Of a stretch of 64,000 nucleotides of DNA, positions 28,558 to 38,664 are shown one piece after another. A program made the position numbers and the translations under genes. Source of the stretch: a virus (Duplodnaviria > Caudoviricetes); the IMG/VR virus record IMGVR_UViG_2615840717_000004, positions 1 to 64,000 of that record. One strand, 5' to 3'. Within the stretch, counting starts at the first letter, position 1; each line of letters starts with the position of its first letter. The notes beneath the pieces were generated by a model. It ran no database searches. It had not been told where the DNA came from and worked only from the letters and a program-made list of their open reading frames with translations.

Positions 28558-30596
28558 TTCTCGCGCCTCTTCCTGATGCGTTCCTGCCTCTCTGCCCATC
28601 CTTTGTCATGAGCTGGAGCTGCCTTTGTCTGTGATGTTTCGATGGGAATGTCTGCCTGGTTTGCCTTCACAACTTCAGGCGAGAGCAAGTCCAGTTCCTT
28701 TTCAGGCACCAACCGCTTTCGCAGCCGCGCCCAATCATTGTCGGTGTTAGAGGTCAGGCCCAAATGCTCGGCAATCGCCATGGCGTAGATCCGGCAATCA
28801 AGGAAGTGGTTGTCCTTTCGGGACTTCTTCCATTCCTCTTTCAACCGGCCCTTGACCAGTTTTTGATCAAAGTACTCAGCAGTGATCTGGAGGAAGTACT
28901 CTTCGTCCAGCCAAACGCCAAAGTGGCAATATCCAGGCGGATCACACTCAGCGCCCGCAGCCATGCCAGATTTGTGCAGACTACCGAAGAACTCGTGCTT
29001 AAGACCCCACGTTCCAACCGGCCAAAGCTGCGAGCCGCGTACCTTTACGCGCTTGCCCCGTTTGTTGACTGATTTCTTTTGCGGCAACCCGATCGCAGGA
29101 ACACCTCGTCCCCCTTGGCCTTTGATGGCGTAGGTATCTGGCCTTGCTCTGCACCAGCTAAGGACTTGCTCCATACGACCACTGTCACCAGCATCCACCG
29201 CCAGACCATCCAACCGGCGTTCAATGCCCCAGGCATCTTTGAAGCCTTGCTTGTAAAACGTATCCAGCTTGAGCCATGCACCCGCTTTGATGTCATCTGT
29301 TGAACCTTCAAAGAAGTGCGCATCCACACACCAGCTTTGCCGATCATCACCAAAGGCCACTGCCTCCACATAGATGCCGTAGTGCTGAACATCTGCGCCA
29401 GCCACGAACAACAGGCCCTCTGCTGGGATCTTCCCACGCTCCAGTTGTTCACGCCGCTCCATAAGTCGTTCATGTTTGGGAGCATTGCCGCGCATGGCGT
29501 AGGCCTTAGCAAGCACCAGATTGGTGAAGTTCTTTTTGGCAGCCTCGCTGCGCTTTTCAGCGTTGATGTAATCCCGTGCAATATCGCCGTAGCTCATCAT
29601 CAAGGAGCAAAACGCATCTACATGGAAACCCGGTTGACGTCCTTCACTTGGCTTAGTCGCGATAAAACGACCTTTGCGAACAGCAACAACCCGCTCTGCT
29701 TCCGTAATGGAGTGACCGCATTCCTCACAAAGGTAGGTGCTCTCCTCTGGGTTCTCTCGGTTGACTTGAAACCCGCTCCAATCCTGCCTTTGCTCAAACT
29801 CGCAGGACGGGCAGCTGATATGCCAGAACCGCTGATCTGAGCGCTTGAAATCCCGGTCGATGCGGCAATGGCCAGGCCCTTCGCCATCTTCATCCCCGCT
29901 GTCATGTTCCGGCGTCGAAAGAGCAAAGATCTTATAGGACTTCTCGCGGCGAAACGCGGTGAAACGACCAAAGAAAAGCTCTTCCGGATCGCCGCCATTG
30001 TCGGTCTCCTCCCACTTGGAAACCTCGTCTTTCACCCCAAACTTGATCGTCTTGGAGGAAAGGTCCATTTCCGAGTTGGCATTGGCCAAGGACAACGCGC
30101 CGCCTGGAAACTTCTTCTCAAAGGTGGTTGATCCTTTGCCGCTGCGGCTCGCAACAGGTTCAATCACCCGCTTGGATGTGCGCTTCTCCCATGCCTCAAT
30201 CAAAGGCATGATCTTCATGGAGTTGGTTTCTTTCAGCGCCTGATCGCCCGGCACGGCATACAAGATATTATCTGGCGCGTTTTCCGCCAAATAGATGCTC
30301 CAGGAAAGCCCCAGGATGGAAACACCGGTCTGCTGGGATTTGCGCACGCAGACGTAATTGCAAGGGTGATCAGCTGACAGACACTCTGCAATTTCCGGCA
30401 AGTACGGCGCATCTTTTGCATTCCAAAGCTCTCCGCGCCTTGGACCATCTACAAGCTCAATGTTCTTTGGTAGCCATTCATGAAAAGGAAGCGGTTTTTT
30501 AGGGCGGATCGCTTTTGCAAGCACTCGGGTAACAAGCCGAGCCGCACCGTAAACCCTCGTGTTTGCGTTTTGCAAACTTCCCAAAGTTTCCTGCAT
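28542..30596 (-). CDS. Terminase large subunit (GpA family)
   Basis: KSQQTGVS, DEV, STP, two CxxC, GADVQ, NHFLDC motifs. Confidence 0.95.
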   Translation of the reverse strand: MQETLGSLQNANTRVYGAARLVTRVLAKAIRPKKPLPFHEWLPKNIELVDGPRRGELWNAKDAPYLPEIAECLSADHPCNYVCVRKSQQTGVSILGLSWSIYLAENAPDNILYAVPGDQALKETNSMKIMPLIEAWEKRTSKRVIEPVASRSGKGSTTFEKKFPGGALSLANANSEMDLSSKTIKFGVKDEVSKWEETDNGGDPEELFFGRFTAFRREKSYKIFALSTPEHDSGDEDGEGPGHCRIDRDFKRSDQRFWHISCPSCEFEQRQDWSGFQVNRENPEESTYLCEECGHSITEAERVVAVRKGRFIATKPSEGRQPGFHVDAFCSLMMSYGDIARDYINAEKRSEAAKKNFTNLVLAKAYAMRGNAPKHERLMERREQLERGKIPAEGLLFVAGADVQHYGIYVEAVAFGDDRQSWCVDAHFFEGSTDDIKAGAWLKLDTFYKQGFKDAWGIERRLDGLAVDAGDSGRMEQVLSWCRARPDTYAIKGQGGRGVPAIGLPQKKSVNKRGKRVKVRGSQLWPVGTWGLKHEFFGSLHKSGMAAGAECDPPGYCHFGVWLDEEYFLQITAEYFDQKLVKGRLKEEWKKSRKDNHFLDCRIYAMAIAEHLGLTSNTDNDWARLRKRLVPEKELDLLSPEVVKANQADIPIETSQTKAAPAHDKGWAERQERIRKRREKWRNR

Positions 30597-30612
30597 GGCT
30601 CACCTGTTGTAG

Positions 30613-31296
30613 TTAGAGTTCCTCCTGTTGCTCGCCTGCGAGCATGAGTTCTTCTGCGCTTGCTTCTGCGCCGATCAAGCCGTCCGGCAAGTCATCAAAC
30701 TGGGGTGCGTCCCGAAAAGCTGCTTCCATGGCCTCTGCAATCTCTTCTGCAACTTCAAAAGCCGCATCTTTGAGCGCCAACCGCAGCCCGTGCACACCAT
30801 CCTTGGTGAGACGCGCGGCAAGGTCATCAGCTCGGTTAGGAAGCCGGGCAACAACAGACTTAATCTCACCGCCCATTGTAGCCAGTGCATCTTCCATCAG
30901 ATCCCGACGTACCAGATTTCCAAGCTCCTCCTGCATTGTAAGGCGGAGCCGAAGTACCTTAAGCCATGTCTCCTGACGCTTGCCCTCGTTCAGGCTCTGC
31001 GGATCGGCACCGGGTATTGCCGGCATACTGCCCTCTGTCACGGACTGGCTTGTTGGTGACCTTTGAACAGCGGGGAGCTTGGTGGGCGCTTTCAACGGAT
31101 TAGAAAACCGGGAGCGGATATGATCGTAATGGGCAAGCGAAAAGCATGTAATCCGCCCACGCCCATCCCGCTCAACCGGTAAGTTATGATTGTCTGCATA
31201 GTTGCGCACGTTCTTTGAAACAGCCGACTTAGAGACCCCATCGCGATCGGCAACTTGGACAAATGTTGCCATCACCAGAGGTGCATCATCCTGCAT
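30613..31296 (-). CDS. Terminase small subunit (Nu1-like)
   Basis: N-terminal HTH (GVSKSAVS), GNLV motif, GGAGG RBS, precedes TerL. Confidence 0.75.
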   Translation of the reverse strand: MQDDAPLVMATFVQVADRDGVSKSAVSKNVRNYADNHNLPVERDGRGRITCFSLAHYDHIRSRFSNPLKAPTKLPAVQRSPTSQSVTEGSMPAIPGADPQSLNEGKRQETWLKVLRLRLTMQEELGNLVRRDLMEDALATMGGEIKSVVARLPNRADDLAARLTKDGVHGLRLALKDAAFEVAEEIAEAMEAAFRDAPQFDDLPDGLIGAEASAEELMLAGEQQEEL

Positions 31297-31311
31297 CTGA
31301 AAACCTCCGTT

Positions 31312-31440
31312 CTGGCAACCTTGGCAACCGGTTGCTGGCAACCCTAACAACCCTGACAACTCAAAATTTCAACCTGTAAAACTGGCGAACCCCCGGGAGC
31401 TGCGCCCCCCGCGTGGAAACGGTGTTTGGTACGGTCCCTT
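31312..31440. promoter_or_regulatory. Putative cos/packaging region
   Basis: TGGCAACC x3 plus degenerate ACAAC copies at 31312-31360 and a GC-rich block, directly upstream of terS. Confidence 0.45.
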
Positions 31441-31464
31441 ATTTCTCAGCCCGCCCCGCTCCGC

Positions 31465-32001
31465 TCAAAGCGAGCGGAGCAGCCGGTCGATTTCGTGTTC
31501 CAGCCGAGGATGCAGCTTCTCATCAGCTACACTTTCGAGCACGTCCAGGAACTCGTCTTCATGGTTTTGAACATCAGCAGCAGGGTTCGGTCCCCAAAGC
31601 TCGCGGACTGGAAGGCGCGCTGCGCTTGATCGCTTGAACACTCCAGCATGACCAGAGGCCATCGTAGCGAGGAATGTGCCTTGGTGTGTTCCCCAGTTTC
31701 GAACGGAAACTCCGTCTCGTGTCTGGCGAACGCTGCCGAGTTGGTAGAGCGGTATCCAACCAGAGCGCATGATGACGCTGGCTGTATCTGCGCCGGTGTT
31801 CACTGCAACGGTTATGCTGCGAATATCTTTTTGCCGCATTCCAGTAGAGGCTGCGGACTTTTGAATGACACGAGTTTTGGCAATTGCCGTCGTGTGTTTG
31901 AGGGCCCGAGCAATCGCTTTTCCTTTGATGTCTCCGGGTAGATTGCCAAGCCCCCGCATGAGATCATCCAGGTCTCGTTTGTCGAAGTTGACGGTGAACA
32001 T
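31465..32001 (-). CDS. Minor tail protein Z-like
   Basis: ARAL, F.A.M.SGH.GVF.R, RLPVREL.GP motifs. Confidence 0.75.
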   Translation of the reverse strand: MFTVNFDKRDLDDLMRGLGNLPGDIKGKAIARALKHTTAIAKTRVIQKSAASTGMRQKDIRSITVAVNTGADTASVIMRSGWIPLYQLGSVRQTRDGVSVRNWGTHQGTFLATMASGHAGVFKRSSAARLPVRELWGPNPAADVQNHEDEFLDVLESVADEKLHPRLEHEIDRLLRSL

Positions 32002-32026
32002 TGCGAAGCCTTGTCGGTATCTCAAT

Positions 32027-32060
32027 AAAAAACCGCCCTGTAGGTCTCCCTCAGAGCGGT
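32027..32060 (-). terminator. Terminator-like hairpin at the early/late boundary
   Basis: ACCGCTCTG..CAGGGCGGT followed by a T run. Confidence 0.6.
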
Positions 32061-32100
32061 CTTCTTGCCGCTGTCAGGCTGTCAAACGACGCGGGTCAAT

Positions 32101-32832
32101 TCAAGCTGCTGTGCTTAATTTGAGTATTCTCGCGGCCTTCCGATCAAACTCAGGTGCTTGAAACTTCTTGAGTTTGTGAGTTTTCAACATTGGTAGCGCA
32201 TCGCTTATGATTTCGAGCGCCGCGCACCAATAGGTGTAAGTTTCGAGCAAAAACTCCTCCAAATCACTCTCAACGGATAGGACATGTAACTCACAGGCCT
32301 GCCCAACACGGCAGCCCGGACCATCATAACCGTAAGGTTTGGGCAGCTTCGTACCGGGACGCACAAAGAGCTCCTCACCATCTACCTGCCAATAGCTCAT
32401 CACCGTACGCCCAGTCCGATCGCGCTTTTCTTGCAGCTTGCGACCAGAAACAGCTGGCTTCTCCGGCTGCATCTGCTTGCTGCCGTAATAGACCAGCAAT
32501 CCAGCCGCATAGGCGCAGTCATCGGACTGAGCTGCAAACCCCATCACCGCAGCATGCACAGCCTCGGCGTCCGGATGCAGATTTGCCGGTGAGCGCCCAC
32601 CACCATCCACGAAGGTCCGCAGGTGCAGCAGCTGCTCAAGTGAGTTCAACGCACACCGGATATCGAAGTGACGAGCTTCATCGTTGCTTACCAGATCCAG
32701 ATGGGCCTTCTGCTCGCCATAGGTCCAGTCCAGCAAGCTCACCAGATCAATTGTCCGGATTTCGTTCTGCTCTGCCTGCTCTTGTCTGAGCCGATCGATG
32801 TATTCCGGAGAAGCGCGCAGCGTTTGAACCAT
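32101..32832 (-). CDS. Hypothetical protein at the late-regulator position
   Basis: 243 aa, AGGAG RBS, LL.W.Y..Q and HPDA motifs. Confidence 0.6.
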   Translation of the reverse strand: MVQTLRASPEYIDRLRQEQAEQNEIRTIDLVSLLDWTYGEQKAHLDLVSNDEARHFDIRCALNSLEQLLHLRTFVDGGGRSPANLHPDAEAVHAAVMGFAAQSDDCAYAAGLLVYYGSKQMQPEKPAVSGRKLQEKRDRTGRTVMSYWQVDGEELFVRPGTKLPKPYGYDGPGCRVGQACELHVLSVESDLEEFLLETYTYWCAALEIISDALPMLKTHKLKKFQAPEFDRKAARILKLSTAA

Positions 32833-32842
32833 AATTGATCTC

Positions 32843-33135
32843 CTGCGAGTGTTTCAAGGGTACCGCGAGTGTTAAAAACAGACCCTCGCGGGCATTTTAT
32901 CTTTTAATATCAATTGTTTTTATAACCCTCCGCGAGGGTTCAAGGGTTAGTTGACTAATTACGCATATGAGAAGTCTTTTCTTTCAAAGCTTAGTCCCCA
33001 TTCCCCTATATATGCGCAGGCGCGCGCGATACCCTCGCGCCCTCGCGGTTATCCTCTAACCCATTCACGGCTTTACGAAATCCGGCGCGAGGCACAAGGC
33101 CTGACCCTCGCGCATACCCTCGCACCCTCGCGGGC
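32843..33135. repeat. Iteron-like CCCTCGC repeats; putative replication origin
   Basis: About 7 CCCTCGC/GCGAGGG copies in both orientations plus GCGAGTGTT x2 around AT-rich spacers, downstream of the helicase. Confidence 0.7.
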
Positions 33136-33145
33136 TCAGATACAA

Positions 33146-34804
33146 TCATCCCAAGGTCTCCCAACTCATCGTTTCAGGACGCATCTCAGCCGGCAGATTG
33201 AAGCGCACATTGGCGTACTTGCGGATGCGCGTCATCACCTTGCGCATGCCCGGCTTCTTCGGAAGCTCACGACCTAAAGCTGTTTCCGTAAAAGGCTTTA
33301 GGCCGGAAACTTCACACCATTTCTTATAGGTGTCATACATTGCTCGACCTGTAATGGAGGGCTCATTCGGGTCCTCTCCCGGTGGCTCTGCAAACTCCAA
33401 GCAGGCATCAACAAACTGCTGTATTGGATCCAGCTCGGTTTTGTAATCCTGCGTCAGCCCTTCCACGGCAGGTGGAACGTCCAGTCCATCCTCCATGTAG
33501 ATCTGCAGCCCCTTCAGCATCCAGTTGAGAATGCCCGATCGCTCGGCTTCAAACTCCGCCAGCACCTCCGCCATGGGCCGCTTCTGCTCTTCGCTGATCC
33601 GTACCGACCACGGCACAATCAGCAAGCGCCTCCAGATCCCGTAGTCATTGCCCTTGATGAACGGCTTATCGTTGCCGCTCATGATCGCCTTGAAGATCGG
33701 CGTCATATCGAAGAAGCCCTGATGCAGCCGCCGCACCTGCATGGGCTCGCCGCCCGTCAGCGCCTTGATCAGCTCCTCCTTCACCGCCTCACCCTTTGGC
33801 AGCTCGGAGACACGCACCAGACGTTTACCCACCAGCGTGGCAAGATCGGGCGTTGCCTGGTCACCGCGCCGCTGGCCCGTGCCTGTCACGCTCTCCGGGT
33901 TCAGCTGACCGGCATAATCGCCCATCAACCCGCAGATCGCCTCCACGAAGGTGGATTTGCCATTGGCGCCATCGCCATAGAAGAACAGCAGCTTCTGTTC
34001 TGCCGTTAGACCCGTCAGACAATAGCCGGCATACACCTGCAGAAAACGCTGCACACCCACATCGGGCTGGAAGAAATCCAGAAACGCCTGCCACTGCGGA
34101 CATTCTGCTTTCGGGTCAAAATTCACCGGCGCGCATTTGGAAAGCCGCATGGCCCTGTTGTGAACAACAGACTCCGGCACCATCACCTGCCCGCCTTCTC
34201 CATCAGGTTCAGGGTGCAGCTGCAGCGTGGCCGTGCGCGTGTTGAATACAAGGCCATCCTCATCCATCTCTTCGGGCGCATAGGTCACATGCGGCAGAGC
34301 CTGCACAATCATGCCCTTGATCTTGTTGGAATTACCGCTGGAAACCGCAAACTTCTTGCGCGCTGTCCGCCTGCCAGAGCGCGCCTTTTTCACGTCCTCC
34401 GCATCCTTCAGCAGGGCTTCCTGTTCTTTGCTCAGCGAAACATCTGCTGTCGCCCGTGGCACCGCCTTGGCTTTGTCCAGCACCAGCTCCTCCCAGGGCT
34501 CATAGCCAAGGTAATCCAGCTCTTCTTTGATCAGCTCCGCCGTGCGCTGCGCATAGCGGGTCATCACTTCCTCACCGCCGGTTAGATCCCAGTGGGTGCC
34601 TTTGAAGGTATAAAACCCAACCTCCCGCACATGCAGAAATTCCTCGCCAAAATGCTCGCGAAGCCGCTTGGCATTGCCCGTATCATTCTGGTCATAAAGG
34701 GCGCAGCGCGAGAGTTTTTCCGCAAACTCAGTTGAAAGTGGGGTGATGAGGGGATCGTCGCTTGGCTGCATAGCCTCTTCAATCGCTTGGCTCATGGTGC
34801 TCAT
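33146..34804 (-). CDS. P4-family/D5-like SF3 helicase
   Basis: NDTGNA.R, Walker A GDGANGKST, IKALTGGE, WRRL motifs. Confidence 0.93.
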   Translation of the reverse strand: MSTMSQAIEEAMQPSDDPLITPLSTEFAEKLSRCALYDQNDTGNAKRLREHFGEEFLHVREVGFYTFKGTHWDLTGGEEVMTRYAQRTAELIKEELDYLGYEPWEELVLDKAKAVPRATADVSLSKEQEALLKDAEDVKKARSGRRTARKKFAVSSGNSNKIKGMIVQALPHVTYAPEEMDEDGLVFNTRTATLQLHPEPDGEGGQVMVPESVVHNRAMRLSKCAPVNFDPKAECPQWQAFLDFFQPDVGVQRFLQVYAGYCLTGLTAEQKLLFFYGDGANGKSTFVEAICGLMGDYAGQLNPESVTGTGQRRGDQATPDLATLVGKRLVRVSELPKGEAVKEELIKALTGGEPMQVRRLHQGFFDMTPIFKAIMSGNDKPFIKGNDYGIWRRLLIVPWSVRISEEQKRPMAEVLAEFEAERSGILNWMLKGLQIYMEDGLDVPPAVEGLTQDYKTELDPIQQFVDACLEFAEPPGEDPNEPSITGRAMYDTYKKWCEVSGLKPFTETALGRELPKKPGMRKVMTRIRKYANVRFNLPAEMRPETMSWETLG

Positions 34805-35943
34805 GCTGCATCCCTCCCGTTCGCCAGTATCCAGTCATTCATGTCCATGCCGAGCGGCGGCCATAAAATCCGCGCTGATCGCTCTTCAAACCGCAGCCGA
34901 CGCACAGAGCGCTCCAATTGAGCTTTCAGGGCTTCAAGATCCTTGGTGTCACTGTCCGCCAAAACAATCATGGACCGCGCCTCAAACGGCAGAAACGCGC
35001 GGTGGCTGGCCATATCCGGTTGCCGCGTTGGCAACAGATGACCAGTGCGCTCCGGATGCGGCTCGCAGATCCCGTCCGGCTTGCCAGCACCGACCAGATT
35101 GCCAAGCGAGCCCGCACACCAGCACGAAAGCCCAAAGGGCATACAGGACAGGCAGGTCTCAACCCCCTCACCCAGACCCATCACAGGCGCAGGCGGGCCA
35201 AGCCGCAAACTGGCACCCATGTAGGGCCCACGGATCTTTTTGGCTGGCAGTTTGGTGCCATCCTCAAGGCTCAGTGTGATCTTCCCGCTGCCATCTGATT
35301 TCAGCCAGGTCTGGTGAACAGCGGCAAACCGGCCATGCTTGTTCTGAAAAGCCGCCAGCAGCGCCGGCCCGCGATGGATGATCTCAAAGCGATCTTTCTC
35401 TATCTCTGCCCAATACGGCAGATCCGCAGCAAACCGCAGCACAGCACCGGGCAATAGCACATCCCCCAGCCCACGTGCTTCACGCAGATAGGTTTCCGCC
35501 ACACTGCCCGCCAGCTCCCGACCGCTAGAGAAGATTTTATGTGCCGCCTGCCGCGCTTTCTCCTGACTGTTCGCTGCTCGGGCATCTGCCAGACGCTGGT
35601 TGTCCTGCACCAGCTTTTGCTGTTTTTCCTGCCAGCGCTGATCACGGGCTACCTGAGCCCCGCCAAGCGTTTCAACAGCATCTGCAAAGCTGGAGTACCC
35701 CTCAAACTCCATCATCCAATCAATGACGGACCCGGAGCGACCGCAGGCCGTGGAGTAGCAGCGGAAACTGTTTTTCTCCGGATCAAACACAAAGCTGGCA
35801 TTGCGATCATCATGGTCGGGAAACGGACATTTTCCGGAATACAGCCGACCAGATTTACGTAGCGTGGTGTGCTGGCAAATACGCCCGTAAAGATCCGCAG
35901 ATTGCTTCAACCGCAACAATTCAAGAGTGGAATACCGCATCAC
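34801..35943 (-). CDS. CHC2 zinc-finger / Toprim primase
   Basis: CPF..H.D...SF, C....CG; GEGVET; ADSD; DMND. Confidence 0.88.
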   Translation of the reverse strand: MMRYSTLELLRLKQSADLYGRICQHTTLRKSGRLYSGKCPFPDHDDRNASFVFDPEKNSFRCYSTACGRSGSVIDWMMEFEGYSSFADAVETLGGAQVARDQRWQEKQQKLVQDNQRLADARAANSQEKARQAAHKIFSSGRELAGSVAETYLREARGLGDVLLPGAVLRFAADLPYWAEIEKDRFEIIHRGPALLAAFQNKHGRFAAVHQTWLKSDGSGKITLSLEDGTKLPAKKIRGPYMGASLRLGPPAPVMGLGEGVETCLSCMPFGLSCWCAGSLGNLVGAGKPDGICEPHPERTGHLLPTRQPDMASHRAFLPFEARSMIVLADSDTKDLEALKAQLERSVRRLRFEERSARILWPPLGMDMNDWILANGRDAA

Positions 35944-36182
35944 ACCAGCCTCCCTTGTTTGGGAGGACGCGGCGGCGGCGGCGTGCGCTTGGCTGCCTCA
36001 ACATCCGCCTCATACTGCTTGGCATGGTCCGGACAGAACCACAGCTGCTGACGCTTGCCAGCATCATCCACGGTGTAGCCACGAGAACCCCAGGTTGTGC
36101 AGCCCTCTGCCATGCAAGGGTGCTCAGAATGGCCAGTGGAAGTGGTTCTGGGTGTTTTCCTACGATCAATCTTGAGGGTCAT
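35940..36182 (-). CDS. Small putative zinc-binding protein
   Basis: C..EGC...WFC.DH; ATGA-coupled to the upstream antisense ORF. Confidence 0.7.
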   Translation of the reverse strand: MTLKIDRRKTPRTTSTGHSEHPCMAEGCTTWGSRGYTVDDAGKRQQLWFCPDHAKQYEADVEAAKRTPPPPRPPKQGRLV

Positions 36183-37906
36183 GCGGCGCACCTCTCAACA
36201 TTTACGGAATGCCAGAAAGGATCATTGTCGTTAGAACTTGCGTATGAATGATGCAAGTTGCGAGTAAAATATTGATACCTTGGGAAATGAAAATCACTTT
36301 GCAGTACATTGTCTTGGCGGCAATTGGAGTAGCTATTGGTTGCTTTTATGGCGCTGCAACTATTTCGACTTGGGGGGGTGGAGTACCTGAGAACGCAATT
36401 GTTATCCAATATTCTGAAGAGACGTTTTATCGGGAATGGGTGTCTGCTCTTGGAAGTTATGCGGGTGGTTTGATTGCACTTATCGGCATTGCGGTCGCAT
36501 GGGTGGGAATCAAATCTCAGCTTCGCAAAATGCAACAGACAAATGCTATTGCTGAGCTGACGCATACCTTCAAAGCGATACAGTTTATTGATCAAGAACA
36601 TAGAAGAAACCAGGCTCCAGAGCTCTACATCAATGCTATGCTGCGGCACTATCGAGACAAAACCCCTTGGCAACGGGCTTATCTGCCAACTGATGGTGGT
36701 CCTGATTTTGCTGAATTGATCACTTATAGAAACAACTGGCTTCATGATCTGCAAAACACAGCAGATGAAGCTAACGCCTGCCTCCCGATAAAATTCATAC
36801 ATAGACGAAACGCACTTATCGAAGCATTGAATGCTATGTTTTTCAGCAACTCTAAGAGTAGCGATCCAGCGCATTCTCTTTCTTACGATTTCGCCGCCGG
36901 CAATCTCGAAGTAATTCAAAACCATTTTAGTAGAATGAGTGCAGTTGACACTGCTTGGTACAATTATTTTGTATGCCTTGTTTTTTGGAAAAAACAACTT
37001 GAAGAGCAGCAAACCGTTGCTTTCAATCTCGATAGAGTTGAGGCTCAAATGCCTCCACTTGGTAAATAGCAACCCAGCATTCTTTTTAATTATGTCATTG
37101 AAAACTAGGTAATTAGCATGACAAAACGGCTTGGTTTGACCGGCGTCCTTTTTGGCTTTGTAATTTTGGCTGGAGCAGTTGGATATTGGGGGATATTGCT
37201 GGCAGACCTCACTCTCAACAGAATTGGCTTTTGTGAGATAAAAGGTGAAGCAGTTTCGACCTTCGAATGTACAAGAGAGTGGATTGGAGCAACGAGTGGT
37301 TGGGCTGCCGCAATCGCTGCTGGTTGTACAATATATGTACTTATTGACCACTCCAAAGAGTTGCAAAAAGGAAACCACTTCTCTCGTTATTCTCAACTCG
37401 CCCAAATTAAAGGTGAACTGATGCCAGAGTTTGATTTGGGCACATTCTGGAACAAGCTTTACACCAATGAGCTCAAAATAACGGGTCGGACTTATCCTAA
37501 TGATGACATCATACACGAGTTTCTTGGCTTGCTGATCCAACTCTCGGATAGCCTTAGAAGTAATCGAGAAAGTGCCAATAGATTTCTTCCAGAAGAAGTT
37601 CTTGAAAATCGGAAGGCACTTGAAAACTATTTGAGAGCATACATCGAAGGATGGAAGATCCGTGAATTCTTGAAGGGGAACGAAGAAGGAAATCTCGGAT
37701 TGACAGAAAAAAGGACTCGTGTCTTTGTTCGACATTTGCGAAAAGCTGCAAAAATAACCGATCCTAATCAAATTGTTGGGCCTAGTGAGATTCATTTCCT
37801 TTATCTCATCATTCAAACGTTTAGAGAGTTCACTAGCCAATGTGTCACTTTGCATGACGCACTCAAGCTTGAAAGAATACGGAATGCTGAGGAAGTAGGC
37901 TATCAC
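36179..37906 (-). other. Antisense bridging ORF 3 (575 aa) spanning two + strand cargo genes
   Basis: AAGGAGG RBS, GTGA overlap with the BRO stop, ATGA overlap with the next gene; ends SSNDN...CAA. Confidence 0.6.
36248..37069 (+). CDS. Membrane-anchored hypothetical cargo protein
   Basis: 273 aa, two N-terminal TM segments, low GC. Confidence 0.75.
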   Translation: MMQVASKILIPWEMKITLQYIVLAAIGVAIGCFYGAATISTWGGGVPENAIVIQYSEETFYREWVSALGSYAGGLIALIGIAVAWVGIKSQLRKMQQTNAIAELTHTFKAIQFIDQEHRRNQAPELYINAMLRHYRDKTPWQRAYLPTDGGPDFAELITYRNNWLHDLQNTADEANACLPIKFIHRRNALIEALNAMFFSNSKSSDPAHSLSYDFAAGNLEVIQNHFSRMSAVDTAWYNYFVCLVFWKKQLEEQQTVAFNLDRVEAQMPPLGK

Positions 37907-37939
37907 GACCCCACCTCCTTCACTCGCAACCCGCGATAA
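37118..37939 (+). CDS. Membrane-anchored hypothetical cargo protein
   Basis: 273 aa, two TM segments; REWIGATSGWAA resembles REWVSALGSYAG of the neighbour. Confidence 0.75.
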   Translation: MTKRLGLTGVLFGFVILAGAVGYWGILLADLTLNRIGFCEIKGEAVSTFECTREWIGATSGWAAAIAAGCTIYVLIDHSKELQKGNHFSRYSQLAQIKGELMPEFDLGTFWNKLYTNELKITGRTYPNDDIIHEFLGLLIQLSDSLRSNRESANRFLPEEVLENRKALENYLRAYIEGWKIREFLKGNEEGNLGLTEKRTRVFVRHLRKAAKITDPNQIVGPSEIHFLYLIIQTFREFTSQCVTLHDALKLERIRNAEEVGYHDPTSFTRNPR

Positions 37940-38664
37940 GTAACCACGCGGGCTTTGATTTTTTGGAAGTTGTAGTCCTGTGAGAGGTGGAGCATGGCGC
38001 GGCCGAAGGCGGTCTCGGAGATGATGGGGTGGCCTTCTGTGAGGGCCCAGTCTTTGTAAGCCAGGAACATGGCTCGGGCGGTTATGGTGTAGCCCGCTTC
38101 CAGCTGGCAGCCCTCTTCTATGAAGATGCGCAGTTGATTTTCTGATGATGCGACGATGCCAGTCGGAATATCGACTTTGCGTGGGGTGAAAGAGGAGACC
38201 ATAGGAAGCTCCAGCTTCTCCCAAAGCTCGCAGGCGGCGCGTGGACCGGAGATTTTTGCTGCGATCTCTACCAGTCTGGATTTATTGGCAACCTCTGTCA
38301 GGCTACCAAGATCAGCGCGATCAACCAGTCTCTCTCTGTTTGGGGTATACGCTCCAGTTTTGCGGATGCTCGGCAGAACGTCGTGAGCAAGCCAACGTTT
38401 GAAGCGTTCAGCCTCAGGTTTGCGTGAGCGGAAAATCAGGCGATACAATCCCGGTTCAGAAACGATGGTTACTTTCTGTGCTCCTGAAGGGGTACCTACA
38501 GTATAGGTACCCCTCTCATCATCATCGAGGAGATCGATGGAGTTGCGAGCCTTCTTAATGTCCAAGCAGCCGCACACGTCCTTGCCAACAAACCACGGCT
38601 CCCCCTCCAACTTCACGATACGAACCAGATTATCTTCGAAATCCATATTGATCAGGTCATTCAT
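37903..38664 (-). CDS. BRO-N antirepressor with C-terminal winged-helix-like domain
   Basis: PWFVGKDVC, SEPGLYRLIFRSRKPEAERFKRW...VLPSIRKTG. Confidence 0.9.
   Translation of the reverse strand: MNDLINMDFEDNLVRIVKLEGEPWFVGKDVCGCLDIKKARNSIDLLDDDERGTYTVGTPSGAQKVTIVSEPGLYRLIFRSRKPEAERFKRWLAHDVLPSIRKTGAYTPNRERLVDRADLGSLTEVANKSRLVEIAAKISGPRAACELWEKLELPMVSSFTPRKVDIPTGIVASSENQLRIFIEEGCQLEAGYTITARAMFLAYKDWALTEGHPIISETAFGRAMLHLSQDYNFQKIKARVVTYRGLRVKEVGS

Noticed and set aside
32951-33277. 108-aa + strand ORF over the iteron region
   Set aside because: Made from origin-like repeats, TTG start, no RBS.
37907-38224. N-terminal extension of the 681-aa ORF in the supplied track
   Set aside because: Overlaps the BRO gene out of frame; the RBS and GTGA overlap point to a start at 37906.
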